A stretch of 64,000 nucleotides of DNA from Iphione sp. A-MEVVRFRX5 (GCA_976226885.1 OZ320314.1:41292001-41356000); one strand, 5' to 3'; counted from the first letter of the stretch, positions 48,295 to 63,354 are shown. Program-made: numbers and translations. Notes: generated by a model from the sequence alone, not told the origin.

Positions 48295-51200
48295 GCAAAA
48301 TTCTGGGGTGGCGATGCAGTAACCGTCTCTTTTCTATTCTCAGTCTTGGTTTCCCTTCTGTTTCACCAATGACCCAGAATTATTGTTGAGAAGGATTATA
48401 GACCCAGAATTGATGTATGTAATTTGATAGGAAACGGCCATCAATGATTCACTACAGTCAAACCATGAGAAATCGTATGTTACTGTGTTGTTTTTCACTC
48501 ACAACGGAAATATTTACCAGTTCTTAGCTTTCCTATTAGATATGGCACGCGATCTCCACTGTTAACATGATTTTAGAGACCTCCGTGAGAGATAAGCTAA
48601 ATTCTAATATTGTGCAATAATATTAACCTGAGCTAACTGCGGACACTGTGGTTGTTGAGACGTAGAGACCGATCGGGTCGGGGTAGCAGACACTTCTTAG
48701 TCCCTAATATCCACCATGAAAACGGACATCCCGACATGAAGGTGTAGGAACACAGACCTTTTTGCCTGTTATATCAGATTCATGGTAGCATTAGTTTCTT
48801 AGTAAGAGCCGGAGGCAACCAAGCACTATTTATTTTACAGGATCCACGTCACATCTAGCTGTGTGCAAAATCCATAATATCAGCAGCTGGATGAAAATAA
48901 GGGTGAAACGCACCAATATACAATTGAACTTCTTTCAGAATTCGGAAGTATAAATTTCTGGGGAATGGGTGAATTCTTACTGGACCACAGGATTCAATCT
49001 CTATGAAGACATTCATAGCCAAAGTGGTCATGACAATATTTAATAGGAGATGAGATAATCAGATTTCAGAGGGAAAGAAGAACAGACATCGAATATAAAT
49101 GTGTAGAATGATTAAATAAAGAATTTCACTGTGGTATAGAGCATTCCAATACACTTCCCTGTAGATCTTTAAATACGCGCACACATGTTGCTCTATCCTG
49201 TGTACATTATATGTATATATACATGTAATACATTTATATGCAGCTAAATGTCAGCAAAGTAGACCTCAGTTCAAACGCATGTACATGTGCAAGCGTCATG
49301 ACCAACAGATAACATACCCATGGCACACTTACCTACAACGCAGTCACTTCACTGTGGGCACCCACCTATCACCATCTACCAAAGCCACTCGAGGGCCCGA
49401 ATCTCATCCTGGACCCCATCCATCAATAGGACCTGGTGCTGAGTGCTGTTTATTGGGTAACTTTGGCTGCTACTGCCCAACTTGGGGGAGGGTTCAGCTT
49501 CTCGCCCCTTGTTCCTCTCCCTCTCTGTCCTCCTCTGGTATTTAGGGATTTTTAAAATTTTACTGTCTAATTCCTTGTAACAAGTTACCCAGCGCTATTT
49601 ACTCTCTTTTATAAAGTTTTTATCTGCCCATCTGCATGTGCTTCTGACTTTTCTATCATTTCGGCCACCCTACGTTCCCTCTTTACACTGCTGGTCCCTG
49701 CCATAATATAGTTTGTTTTTCTCTCTATTCTTCTTTATCATTACACCCCGTGAATTGTTATACACTGCATCGTAGTCAGCTTCTTCCGGGTGACTGATAA
49801 TGAGTGAAATTCTATGAAAGGTCCGAGTCTCCGATGACACATACTCAACGCTATATTCATTGATATTCAGAACATGAAAAGTAGTGCGACCGATTACACC
49901 CGTCTTTTGACAATTATTCTACAATGTACATCTTGATAGGTTTGTTGAGACACACGACTCGTCACTTGCTCTCCTTAGCACCGCAACAAACATTTCCTTT
50001 ACCAGTGGCAAAAATTAAACTCACTGTTGTCATTATGTTGTCTTAATCTTAGAGGTCCAAGTATCAGATATGATTCGGATACTGGTCCCCTAATAAGTTT
50101 AGGGCGCAGTAGGCCTGCTGAGACCCAAATATTGCTACCTGCCTTTATGTTTGCAGGCATATCGTGTACCACAGTTATCCCTTAATTGGTAACCCTTACC
50201 CGATTTATGTACTTCTGGCATGCCATACTAACTTAAGTTGCGGACAGTCAAAGCTCTAACGGAGCTCTTTTTCCCTCTACTCCTTCCCATAATGACTCTT
50301 TTACCTGAGAAAACCCCTCTACGTGCACATGATACCATGATCTGATGATCCACTTCATAACTTCATCATATTTGGCCTGGACGACTTAAGTTGAGTATGC
50401 ACCAGTCAGTCTACCATTTCCTTTTACTCCGAATCAAGCTGTTTAGTACCCGGTGTCTAGATATTAACTGTTATCCTGTTATCTTATCCTCAGGGTTTAT
50501 TTGTTGTTATAAAAGTTCAACTAAAGAAAATATTCATGGCTAAGAAAAAGAAACGTAACAGAAACTTATTTGATTGTGTATGCATGAATCAACGCATATA
50601 CATGTAAATTAATAACCACTCCCCGTAAGACGTTGAAACACCGCGACTGGTTACCTTTATGCTGGTTCAGGAACCGGAAGCGTAGGGCTGCCAAAGCGTG
50701 ACCAGTACATTGCAACCAAACACCTACAACAGGCTTGAAGAGAAGACACAAATGAACCTACCATTGCCACTGCGAGCTGCCCACCTATCGAGCTCCTATT
50801 TGCTCATATTCCCCAGAGGGCCATGACGAGACCAACCTTAATCTGAGGGAGGCCACCGTCTCCTGCGCGGAGGGCAATTTAAACATTTCTTTCAATGGGA
50901 AGCAACTTTCCGTTGGCCGTTTCCTGAAAAAGAAACCTTAAATAACATACACCTATTCATATTTCTTACTGGACTGAATATCTTGAAAACAGTTCGTGAC
51001 CACACATGGTGCTTTCTGGTCGCTTTCCATATAAAAGGCACGCCACATAAAGATGAAAATGAGATGTTTCTTGTGTCATTGATTTTGTTGCACATATATG
51101 TATACTTATATAATCATCAGATTTTCAATTAAAGGAAGTAGTGATATACGTTGTTTTTAAAGAGGAAAAAATACCTTCCTACAAAAGGGCTTGGCACTAG

Positions 51201-52479
51201 CGCCAGTTGAAGTGACTGTGGCCTGCACTGGGAGGGAATATTGAGGGCCGCAGAGCTCTTGCAGACCTCTCTATTGGCTTGTTGACGCCCAGTTATCACC
51301 CCGCTGGGCAGATAGCACAGACCCCTTCAGGCACCTATTCATCGGACAGATTGAAGCCATGAGCTGGCTTCTATTGATCGCTTTGGCGCTGGATGAAACC
51401 TGGTTTCTCTCTTTACTCCTCTCCCTCGACTTAACTCCCCACTCCTTTCCTTCTGTCTCTCTTTCTCTCACTCTTCTCTTCCTCTGACCCTCTCTTTTTT
51501 CCATATCCCACCAGCTTCCAATTGTGCTCTTCTTCCCTCTACTTGTTTCTTTCCTTTTTTCCTCTTCTCCGTCTTATTCTAGTATTCCCTCACTTCACCA
51601 TGTGATCCCGACCATCGGTAAAAATCTCTCTCCCTACTTCAATCTGAATGTATATCTATTTTTTCTGTATGGCATGTCAAAAGCCCTGTTCATATTTGTC
51701 TCCTTTTGGCTGTGAATTTTTGTCCAAGTGACATGCCCTATACTAATTTTTCGAACCACTGTCCACCTTCTCATGTGCTTCTAACCCCTACTAATCTAAA
51801 TCCTTGTATTTTCCTCCCTCTCAACCCCGCCAGATCCGCACGCCTCTCTTGCAATCAAGCCTTAACCGTCCAATCATCTACTGTACCCCTCGCCCTCCCC
51901 CCGAGCCCCCGAGGCTGGAAACCCCAGTTCTGATGGTATCCGAACTTTCTCATTTTCAGGGGCGGTGCGGATGAGAGCTTTGCTCGCGGCCGTCGTAATG
52001 GCCACTAGTCGCCTGGGGACCAGGAGGCCGGGGAATCCCCAGACGGCATACCCTAAATCCGCCTGATTTTCTCGCCTCCTTCCCCTCTATACCTCCTAGC
52101 ATAGGTAGGCTAGTGATCTGTACACCCTACCTACTCAACACGTATATTCAAAGCTAAAGATTCATTCCTATGTTATTAAAGATATCAATTATAATACGTG
52201 GACGCAAACGTGCAAATAGTGACACAGGCACGCACACACACATATATGTGTGTGTGTTCAAAGTTGCTGTTCCCACTCCAAACCCTAACCTCCCTTTCCA
52301 TGTCCCAGTGACACGTTACTGTACAGTGTTACCCTCCCCCCATGCCCCACGTCTTTTCTCTCCAATTCAAACGTCTAAACCAACCCGGGTCTTTTGGCCT
52401 TTGACCTGTTGCCTGGAAAGGGCCATCAGTCCGCCTCTCTCTCTCCTTAAAACCGACCTACCCTACTCACCCCCCCGAC

Positions 52480-52640
52480 CGATCCCGCCCAGGGGTACCC
52501 CCCGCCCCCCCCCCGTCTGCCCGGTGGTGAGCCTGCCCGGCGCCGCCTGTCGATTCTCCGCCCGGTCGCCAGATCCGCGCCGCGCCCGCCGCTGACGGTC
52601 AGCGCCGGTCGGCGGCGCCGGCGCGTCGGCCGGCGTTGAT
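52480..52640. other. Very GC/CpG-rich island with nested inverted repeats
   Basis: ccggcgccgcc (52537-52547) / ggcggcgccgg (52611-52621) perfect inverted pair; inner cgctgac-g-gtcagcg hairpin. Confidence 0.7.
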
Positions 52641-55600
52641 CTGCCATTTATACGGACTGGCTTCGACGGATCAATTACAGGTCTCACATTGCAAAATGCC
52701 ATCGATCGCGCTGAACTGTATCAATTTATTTGGACGCCTAGGAGAGTACTTCAATCCACGTAGCAGCCGAAAAGCATTTACTTTTTATGAGTTCGTTCAT
52801 GGGATTTTATCCTGGACTATTTATAGACTATTGCTGTTTTTTTAAAGAAGCTCGTTTTATTTAGTTGCTAGAGTAGCACTCCCCTTGTACTTTCTCTTGG
52901 TACCTGTGGTCACTTCTCCTGGTGCCTTAGTACCGTCACACCAGTGAAAGTACATGAAACCTGTGTAACACATGTAACCGATTGTTTGACCTTCTCTTCT
53001 GACCTTGACACCACCGAATTAAATGCCCTGCCAGAGAGTGGGGTGGGTGGGACGGAGTGAGGGGTGGTTGGTAGGTCACCCATCAAGCAACAAACGAAAC
53101 AAGCCCCGCTCAATAGAGTGGGTCCCCTGGCGGGCATCTGGTCCTATGCTTCCGGTAGGCGTAGGGCATCTGCCAACGTATTTCCGGCTAGGGGGGTGCC
53201 GCCGTCGGCGCGCACCGGAGTTTGATCGGATTAAAGGTGGTCCTGCCTTAATCCCTTGCCGGTCGGAGGGGTTTAAAGCTGCAAATCTGGCATCGCCATT
53301 TGAAGGCCTGCATTTTGGGGAACGACATTTATGCGAATGGCAGTACGTAGAACCCCACCAACACAGTTTTACACAACCACATATGTGTAATTTGCAAGTG
53401 TTGCCATTACTGCTACACAATTACTGAACACACATCCTTCTATATGTACATTAGAAAGCACAACTACGAACGCACATTGACTTACTTCGCGACGTGCACC
53501 ATAAGGAATGCTTGTTTCTGCAGCTGCCTAATATACATATGTAATTCAAATGTCAATTCAAATCGATTTTAATTCGAACAGGTTAATTTTCAGGTAAAAG
53601 TGTAACCTCTGTTAAGGACCCTCTCCCTGCTAAGATCTCAAGAGCCCTGTGAGAATGAACAAAATTAGTGCTCTTTGTAGAGAAATACAGTGAAATGCCC
53701 TAAGATGCCCTTTGGTTTTCACCATAACACTGACCCTAAGTCCCCATTGCAGTCTGTCCGTATTGTTGCATTTGACCAAACAGTGGAATCCAAGACACCC
53801 TCTAAGCCCCCCCCCCCCGCCTCCAAATAGGTGTGCTTCCGGTTACAACCCGTCCAAAACCTAGGTAGGAAGGGGGGATTTTTTTGCTTCCTCCCTCTTG
53901 TTTTCAACAATGATAAAGACAATATAAAGAAGGCTTGTTAGGTTTGTTCTTCACTGTATGCATTGTGCATAGGGTACACAGACTAACATTTCTTTAAAAG
54001 AGTTTTGCTCCTTTCTGCATTTGAGCCATCACAATAATAATAAATATCATATCAGCCAATGGAAAGGCCATCAAAAAGGGCTTTTATGGGGCTAAAACAT
54101 GTCATTTCTCTTAAATAGACTTAAAAAATAATCAAAATCTATACAAACAATTCACATTGCTTATGAAATTTGGGATTTATAGTCTTTTATATTGACTTTG
54201 TGCATTTCACTCCTTCTCTGTCTCTTACCTAAATTAGACATTTAGCTGAATTTCCTTAGGTGCATGTTTTCTTATGACCATGACAGTGTGTATTTCTGGA
54301 ACAATAGATCATACCAGGACTGTTTCTTTACATGCATGTACTGTGTAGTGTGTACCGTATAGCATATTTTTATAATGTTTTGCAAAGCAGTATAGGAAAA
54401 GTTGGATTGAAATGGCCTTGTTAGCTATGTTTCATGCAAAACATATTCCTCACATTTCCTCACTTTCCTAACATTTGTTCAGCAGTTTTGCCATTTTTCT
54501 GCCAAATTCGCTTGGATCTTGCTAGGGTTTTTTTCGTGAAAATTTGTTGTTTTGCCATTTGGGCCTGAATTTGCATTGATTTTGCCATTTTCTGGCCATG
54601 TTTACTTGACATTCACTGTTTTCTTGTTATTTAACCCAGTTTGCCTTAGTTTTGCAGTTCTTTGGCAAAATCCGCATGAATGTTGTCATATTTCTACTGA
54701 ACTTTTTTGGCCTAATCAGGACATCTCATATCATGGACAGTCAAGAGAAAGAACCAAGTCTGTACATTCTCATTTAAACATTCCTGCTATTCAGGACATT
54801 TCTCCACATGGTTATTTTGGATCAGTCCCTTTGCCATCCGTATAAGGGAGATTGCACTCTATATGCAAAGCAATTCATCCACTTCATTCCATACTCTTGG
54901 TATCAGCCCTTATCTTCGCATGGCAATGATGCTGTGGCTTCTGGAAAAGTTTGTCCACATCGGCAGCGTAGGCAAATTATATAATACAGTTGAAATCCAC
55001 AAGGGGACCAAGCTTAAGATTGGCAGTTTGGTCTCATTAGGTACACTCTAAATAAAGTGAAATGAATGATTTGTTCTCAGAAATCTTGTTCTCTTTCCCG
55101 GTTTGATCTCTGTGATCTGTTCAATAACTGGATCTCCATTGTATTGTTCCCTGCCAATCTGTGTCAGCCCATACCCGCACTGACCTGTTCTCACACGAAA
55201 TCCGCGATATGTCTAAGGCAATGGTTCATGCCAGATTGGCATAGCATAACCGCAACACTTTTTTTTAAAACAGCTGTGATGTTCATTGCCACTCGGGTGG
55301 ATGCATGGAGTACGCAACTAGGGTGACCTGAAATTGACCGGAGAGTGCTCAAAGCTCACCTGGAACTGGTGACGTCGACACCTTTAAGTACTTAAATATG
55401 TAGACACAAAGAGGACTTGCCCAGAGTGGCGTGACCATAACTGGAAAGTGACTGGTGCGTACGAAGGATTTCCAGTCGTGAATGGCCATCAGTGACCTAT
55501 GTAGACATTACGGAGTCATGGCCCAGCATAACTGAGAGAGGACTACAGAATGGATAGAGCCCACATTAACACTTAGCAGTCTGAACAACTTACAACATCC

Positions 55601-56619
55601 AAAATGCAAAACCTGGATGTTATCCATCATGTTTGTGTGTCTGTTTGATATAGTTAATCTTCCGCAAACCTATTTAGGTATTTGCTTTACATTAGAGTGA
55701 TTTCCGTTAATTCCTTATATCTTCAGCTTTATGTCCACACAATTCCCCACATTTTCATATTGTTAGCCAACGCCAGACAATCAGATTACACAGCATTACA
55801 TAAAATGAGCTAAAACAATGTTAAATATGTCTGGGAATAAAGGCTCCAACCAGCTGTATGAAACGGTGTTTGGGACAGGTTGAAATTTTCTCTTAGTGCA
55901 GATAATACTTTATTCCACTGTCTAAGACTTGAACTTGAATTGCTTACAATTAAATATTGCTAATAATTATGACGGTAATATTAGGGGAAATCTAGTCACG
56001 CTTGGTGAAGAGTAAGTCTAGTTACTCTCTGCTATATGGCCATAAGATAAAGTGCCATCAATAAACCTATATAAGATTAACTGCTGCACAATAAGGAAAT
56101 ACTTGTCTATTTTCTAAGCCATTCTCTGTACCATTCAATCCCGACTAAGGCAGTGCAGATGGGACACTTCGGGTAATGCGCCCGGTAGTCATTACCCTGA
56201 AATGAGGATAGACATGTGACTGTCAAAGGTGATTGTTGGTACTCTTCCTGTCCTATAGTAGTGACATCATGCGAACAAATACGGTAATCCTAAGCAAACC
56301 TCAAAATACACCTTCAGATTCGTAAGGAGGGCGACTCTTTTGTTTTAGGATTTCTATGCAAAGAGAAGGGATGAACAGTTGGCGATCATATGTCTACAGT
56401 TAAATACTTCACAATCCTGCGTGGCAGTCTATAAGACTCAGAAAATGCAATATGGACTTACCTGGTACAGACCATTGTCAGGACTATTAAAGCATGGCAG
56501 CCATCTTTTTTCTCTTTAGGCCTATATGGCCAAGTATGCGAATATATCCATGAAAGTCATTGTTTGGATTAGCGTTGGAAGGTGTTGAAAGCCATTAGAC
56601 GATTTTTCATTCATGCAGC

Positions 56620-56704
56620 AGCTAGGGGTTTTGAACCCACTTCATCTACACACCTGTCAGTGCCCTTCTGTCGGCGTTCTAACCCACTAGACCACTGAGG
56701 CCTC
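56620..56704 (-). mobile_element. tRNA-derived SINE head (degenerate)
   Basis: Minus strand shows A box TGGTCTAGTGG and B-box-like GGTTCAAAACCC at tRNA-like spacing; no cloverleaf closure; body not recognised. Confidence 0.55.
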
Positions 56705-56744
56705 ACTTTGATTACATGATATAAGTACATGTAGCAGTAAAGGC

Positions 56745-57335
56745 AGAGAGGGAGGGGCCAAAGAGAGGGAGGGATACAGAGGGAGAGAGTGAGAGAGATG
56801 GAGAGAGAGAGGAAAGAGACAGGGAGAGATAGAGGGAGAGAGGGAGGGAGGGGAGAGAGAGAGGGACAGATAGAGACTGAGGGAAAGAGGGGAGAAAAAG
56901 AAAGAGAGGCAGAGAGACAGGGGAAAAGGGGGGGAGAGAGGGGGAGAAAGAGGGGGAGAGAGAGGGGGAGAGAGGGAAAGAGAGAGGGGGAGAGAGGAAA
57001 AGAGAGAGGGGGAGAGAGAGGGAGAAAGAGGGGGATAGGGAGAGAGGGAGAAAGAGGGGGAGAGAGGGGGAGAGAGGGAGAGATAGAGGGCGAGAGAGAG
57101 GGGAGAGAGAGGGACAGAGAGGGAAGAGAGAGATGGAGGGAGAGAGAGAGGGGGAGAGAGAGAGGGGAGAGAGAGAGGGGGAGAGAGGGAGAGAGAGGGA
57201 GGGAGAGAGGGGCCATGCTTTAAGTGAGAGGGAGAGAGAGGGAGAAAGAGGGGGCGAGAGAGGGAGAGAGAGAGGGGGGGAGAGAGATAGAAGGAGAGAG
57301 AGAGGGAGAGAGAGAGAGGGAGAGAGAGAGGGGGC
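56745..57335. repeat. ~590-bp almost pure purine (G/A) low-complexity tract
   Basis: Seen directly; ggggccatgctttaagtgag occurs twice (~57208 and ~57331), indicating local duplication. The ORFs here are compositional artefacts. Confidence 0.95.
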
Positions 57336-57349
57336 CATGCTTTAAGTGA

Positions 57350-57475
57350 GTTACATACCTCATAGAGGGTGTACTTTATATATTGTAATAACAGGGATAT
57401 ATGTGCTCGGCTGTGCCTCGCACTAATCCCTGCTGTTACAATATATCGCGTACAACCCTCTACTCAGTATGTAAC
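57350..57475. mobile_element. Small palindromic (foldback) MITE-like element
   Basis: ~50-bp imperfect inverted arms (57350-57398 vs 57426-57475) around a core gtgctcggctgtgcctcgcac. Confidence 0.7.
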
Positions 57476-57556
57476 TATCACTTACATGATATAAAAACTA
57501 TGTCATCAGGTTATGTTAAAGAGCCCTTTCTGGTTAGAGGTAATGATTTAGGGCTA

Positions 57557-57711
57557 CAGTGAAGATCCCGTTAAAGAGCACAACAGGGGAGACCAAACCA
57601 AGACAGAGACCAAGATTTCGAGGAACAAACCTTTCATTCTACTCTAGAGCATGTCTAAAGTGACTAAAATTGGCCAGTCTCAAGCGCAGTCTCCTGCACG
57701 GGTCTCAATTG
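57557..57711. mobile_element. Degenerate Tc1/mariner(pogo)-like MITE
   Basis: TA|CAGTGAAGATCCCG ... CGGGTCTCAATTG|TA with internal ggagacc/gtctcc motifs, similar to 16376-16532. Confidence 0.4.
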
Positions 57712-60700
57712 TACAGATGCCTATTTACTCTTGCAAGATGAAATTGAGCACCTTCTGATAAGTCGTATCACAATATGGACACACCAATATATATTCATCC
57801 CTAATGCCAGCTTGAACAGATTGATACAAGACCTGAACGTTTATAACCAACTATCCAAGCGTAAAACCAATTTATCACTCACTTCAAACATTGTTTACAA
57901 TATTAATAGTATTGTAATTCGCTGTATTTCCGATGATAACAGAGATGACGTGTAATACTGTGCTTACCGATGCCAGCAGGAGTGGGAAAAACAAATTGCA
58001 ATTTACTTGAGAGTAGTAGTATTTGATATTCACATTTCGTCAGACACGTCCTCTAGAGAACAACTAAATTGAGAAGCTATAAAAAAACCGCAGTTTATAA
58101 TTCCTTCCTTCTGATGTCACACAAAAGCACCGCTTCGAGCAAATGTCTATCACTGTTGGAAAAGACTCGCCACCACAACATCCGCCCTCTACCTTCCACC
58201 ATCCGGATTGCTGTCAGCATCAAATTGGCTAGTGTCAGGGTCCGGAACAACATGTGTCATATGTGTAATAACGGCGCTGGGCCTTTATAAATCCATGATG
58301 GGAATGATACCATGCTGTTACTCCCGTGTAGAAGGACAGAAATATAGCAAATCGAGAAGGAATTGATTATAAAATCCGGCATTTGGCAGAGAACTCAATT
58401 TATGATCATGTCACTTGTCTTGTAATTGTCCACTAGTAAATTTTAAACTACTTTTGCAAAAGGTTCCCATATTTATGGTGGTATTACGTAGTGCAGCCCC
58501 ATATATTCTACTCTGCTCTAGCTTTTGTCTTAATCTGTCTACTTGTAAAGTATCCTCTCCGTGTACCTTTCTTTTCTTTCCTACTTTTCTACTCTACAGC
58601 GAATTCTAAACTCAGAGAGGCGTTAGTTAAGGCAATTTTGCAGCCCCAATACTATATAACCCGTAATATATAAGAAAGAGGAGAGGAAGAAAGTGGTCAC
58701 TTTGAAGATTAAGACTTTTCAGCTCTAATGCGGTATAATTTAACCAACAAGTAAGACAAGACATCTCGCCATGTGCTTAAACTTAATAATAATGGATAGT
58801 TTGGATGAATTGTTTGAATAGAGTCTTATATTGTTGAATAGATTCTTATACCACATTTATAACCCTGGATTTTTCGGCCTCGAGTGGCAGCAACAGAAAC
58901 CACATGAGTAAACGTATGAGTAAAAGCCTTCTGGGGTGACATCTTTCACGTGAAGATACCGAGAGATAAGAAATGACGGAATGATTCACGAAGCAGCAGG
59001 TGAGAGTGGAGGTAAAACGCCGACAATAGAATGAGCATGTGCCAATAATTATGGATAACGACAGAAATACAAGGAAAGGGAGAACAGAGGTTAATGTAAG
59101 AAGATAAGAAGAAAAGGAGGATAAACTACGAAGTGTGAAGAAATCACAAGAAGAGAATGAAGAGGCGTCTAGAATGCGATCGCTTGATGGCAGGAAATGG
59201 GAAAATAAATAGGCTAGGTCGATGCGAAGAAAAAGCGAAGTGATAAAGGGAAAGGAGACGTGGACGAAATATATAGGAGAAGGTGAGTTTCAGATACCAG
59301 AGTGACGGCAGCACCTCTTATCGCCTTCTGTGCCGTCCACACCCCATCCACCCAACCCTCCCTTCCGAGGTGATACTAATCGTACTCAGCCTGACACGGG
59401 GCTGACCCTCTTGTGCGAGAGGGAACCAGCTAGTGAGAGCCAGGACGGGGAGAGATCGCATCAGGGGTCTGCAAAAGTTCACATGAAATTGGGGATATGG
59501 CCCTGACCGGGAAAGCCACCTCCGAGGAGTAGGAGGAGGTAAGAGGATTTCCAAGTTATCAAGATTTAGAGGGAGTGGCTGCGCCCTGTGAGAGATAAGG
59601 ATGATAAGGAATAGAGACGGAAAAACGGTACTTTTAGGGAGGGATAGTTACTGCAGATGGTCTGTGGCGTGCAAAGATACTGAGCAGACCTGCACGGCGA
59701 CCTTAAGAATTAGGCTAAATTATGGCACTCTCCACGTCGCCGCAGTAGACTGATACAAATAATGAACAACAATCTACAAATAAACCGACTACCAACTGCT
59801 GCACATCATGATCGACAAGACAGGAGCAAGGGATTGATTATACATATTGAAAGTAGTTGCATGCAGTAAGGGATTTCTGAAAGATGGAGTCATTCAATGA
59901 TGAAGTGAGCCTACAAATATTTTCAGATTTGTACGGTATATAAAAGCAAGGCAAGAGATATTAAGATATAAGAGTAGCAGCCAAGACATAGCACTGTGTT
60001 TTTGCTTGTCACTGTGTGGCATTTCATAATTGCAGTCCTGTATTTATGAACGTATCAAAGGAATATTACCTCATAACGATAACGGCGGTGTGATGTTTAA
60101 TGGCATGGGGCTATGACTGCCAGCATTTGTTATATGGAGCAATCCGTAAACTTCAACGTGCCACACTACAGCGGCGACTGGTGCCTCAAGGTATTACCTT
60201 CAAGATGGCAAATGGTGACTTCAGGCATTCCCCATTATAATATGGTTGATACCTTCGGCCATCACTTTTTTGCCTGCTATTTTATTCGGCCATTTTCATC
60301 TACAAGAATGGACCAGCGTATTCCTTTTGTAAATTTCGTGAGGCAAGACTGACCAAAGAGAATAATACATGTAGCACCTGTACTGGAACTAGTCTATCTG
60401 GTAAACCTTTTTTAATCTATATGGACAGGGCATTTCAGACACACTGTTTACACTATTCTCTTTTATTGAAAGTTGATTGTCGTAAAACTGGCCATTATAA
60501 CGCTGTTAATGGAATGAAGCAAAATATAGTTTCAATTGAAAATCTCCATATACATGTATGGGTACTATTCATGGTAGTCTTCATGTCGGTCTTTGGGTAA
60601 CAAAGAGGTCGTTTCTATTGTACATATGTTATGAAGGGACCTATATGCACATCCAATACTTACCACTAAACCATTCAATAAAAAAAACCCAATACTCTGA

Positions 60701-63354
60701 CGAGGTTACTCTTCTCCCGAGAGATAATGTTTTGATAGGGTTACAGATCTCCTATGAGAATGATTAGGGACTATACACCAAATGCCGTGGGTGCGGAAGC
60801 ATATCTGCGCCTCTCAATCTACTGAGTGAGGGGGTCAATGTCTCACACTGCTCCTGCCTGTGATCTGTCCTAACAACCGGAAGTGACGAGACCCGGATGC
60901 CTGCCACTGGAACGTGGATATCGCCGCTATCTTTTACGGACGCTGACATCGACTTCCGGTGCATGTACCAAATGAAGGGTTCTCCTTAGTGGCGATGTTA
61001 AATGGTTCTGGTATTGCATCCTGTGCCCGTATGGTGCGTACGTCTTCCATGGGCTTCATCTTGATGCAGACAATATCACTCATTTCTAACAGCTAGTCCA
61101 GACATTGGCATATACTATGAAGGCGCATGGAACGCACAAAACGTCACTACATAGTGCGAAAAAACATGTTAACGTGAGTATATGTACTATGCAGTTAATA
61201 AATGTAAACGTTCACAATTACCTAAAAACTAAATGATATTAAGATATTACTAAAACGTAGATTTCTTGTTTCAGGAATATTTCTTTCAAGCAACACAGTA
61301 CCTTTAGAGGTAACTGCACTCTGTCAGCAAATGGTGAAAGTCTTAAAGATTACCTGTTAATCTAAGTGTCGTTTACATGAATAGGTCATGGTAGGAAAAG
61401 AGTATAACCCGACGCCCAGACGAAATTTCGATAACGTCCTCTACTATCGTGCATACTTGACGTCCCAGCTGTATTACCAAAACCTTAATCTTCAGCTACA
61501 CAAAAAGCTGCTAAGAGTATCAGTCATAAAAACCATCTTATACAAGTCTGGCCAAAAAAAATTAAAGTATAAAAATAACTGACTAATGCAGGGCACTTAA
61601 ATCAAGACTGACTCTTTCCGGTGGCTTGCCCCCACTACGCTAGGGCCAGACTATCGACAATGCCCAAGGCCTGTGCCACGTCTGCCACTGGGGCGTGGCT
61701 GGTCAGAAAACGGTCGAGATTAATTACGCCGGCCGACTCTAAAACAACCCTCGTGGTGTGGAGGTGGCTGCTACGTCGCTGTAGCGCTGTGGGAAGCAAT
61801 AAGGGTTAAGGGACCTTGGGCGAGAGAATTTGGCTGGAAGATTAGGGTTAGGATAGGAGCGTAGGTTTAAGAAAACGACTGTATTTGCGAGCATGCAACC
61901 TGAAGAGTAGATGGTCATATCCAGAAAAAGGGTGTCAGCAGGGTATATAGGATGGGGACCAGGTGAAGAGATAAGGATAGGAAAACTTAGGCACGGCTAA
62001 ACGTTTCATTATTATATTGACAAGGAGAAACAAGAATGAAACAGACTTAACGATAGGAAGGGTAAGTAATAAAGTGGAAGAATAACACGAAGAAGCGTAG
62101 AGTATGATGGAACGCAACGAAAGAATGGCAGAAATCTGTCCTGTTACATCACACGTACGTCACACTTTTATAGGATTAAGGATATATTATAGTTAGAAGT
62201 GGTATTTTCCGGAGTAGTATTATGGCTAGTGTATTTATAACACGTCTGTGATGCACAATAAAACATATGCGTTAACCCTTCTATATGGCTAACTCCTGTT
62301 TAAATAAGGAATTTAACAATGGAAGCAATTTTTGCTTGGTTAATGTCTAATGGTTGCTGTTAAGGGTAGCATTTTTAATGCCCTGACGTTTCTGATGGTA
62401 TACATTGGGAACGTTTGAGTCGAACGCACGTTTAAATGGTCCGTGCTTAAATGTGTTGGTTTCCATGCTACTATTGGCAACGTTTGTAAAACATGAAACG
62501 CGGACGTGAACAATTTTGCTCGTAAGATCTGCGAGATGCAGTAAAACAGTATAGACAGATCCACGGGTCTTACATTCAGAACCTGTGAGATTACTCTATA
62601 TGGAGCTCGCAATTCTGGACAGACCAATCTGTCTGAATCACACGATTGCTTCAAGGCTTAAACCTTCGAACTAAATTGCCTCCTCTCTGTTGGCGGCAGC
62701 GTTAAATGAATATAAACGTCAGCTTTTACTAACAGAAAGGTAGGAACCCTAGTATTACTTCTAGGGAATAATTATGTATAACAGGGAAATAATGGAATAC
62801 GATTTTTTGGCATAGATCTCGAAGAATTTTGTCTGAATTTGTGCAAGCTGTGCGGTTTTGCACAGATCTTGCGGAGTTCCACCCATATCTGTATAAACTG
62901 AGTTATTTTGTGTAGATCTAATCCCTCATTATTGACACACTGATATGAAACGATTTGATAGGAACGAGAATGTAATTTTCTAGAATTGCGTGCAAATGTC
63001 CTACAAGTAATTTGCGTAAGAGATGGATAAAGTTTGTTCCAAAAGAGGTCGGGGTGCACTTTCGGTTACATCATACTAAATGGTGTCTCTTGACCAAAGT
63101 CAGTATGGCGTCGGTGAGCCTGTGGACAATACCGATACAAATCACCCAGTCCATAAATGTATATATATATGATATGTCTGACGAAGATGATAACATATTT
63201 CATCTACAGATGTAATAAGAAACATTGGCTTTATTCAGTGATACCTTCTTAGGGATTACATCCAGTCCCCATGGTTTTGTCTGTACAAGGTAAACTATTT
63301 AGTCTGTATACACTGCTTTATACGTAGGCTACAGACTTTTAAGTTAGCTTCTAG

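Noticed and set aside
49390-49420. 2A-like peptide candidate (RGPESHPGP)
   Set aside because: Does not match D(V/I)ExNPGP.
54950-55030. Minus frame LGPL...FAYAADV resembling LINE RT motifs
   Set aside because: Spacing too short, stop inside and no flanking support; left unannotated.
56611-57345. 144-208 aa ORFs (SL/P-rich and RE/G-rich)
   Set aside because: Translations of the GA low-complexity tract.
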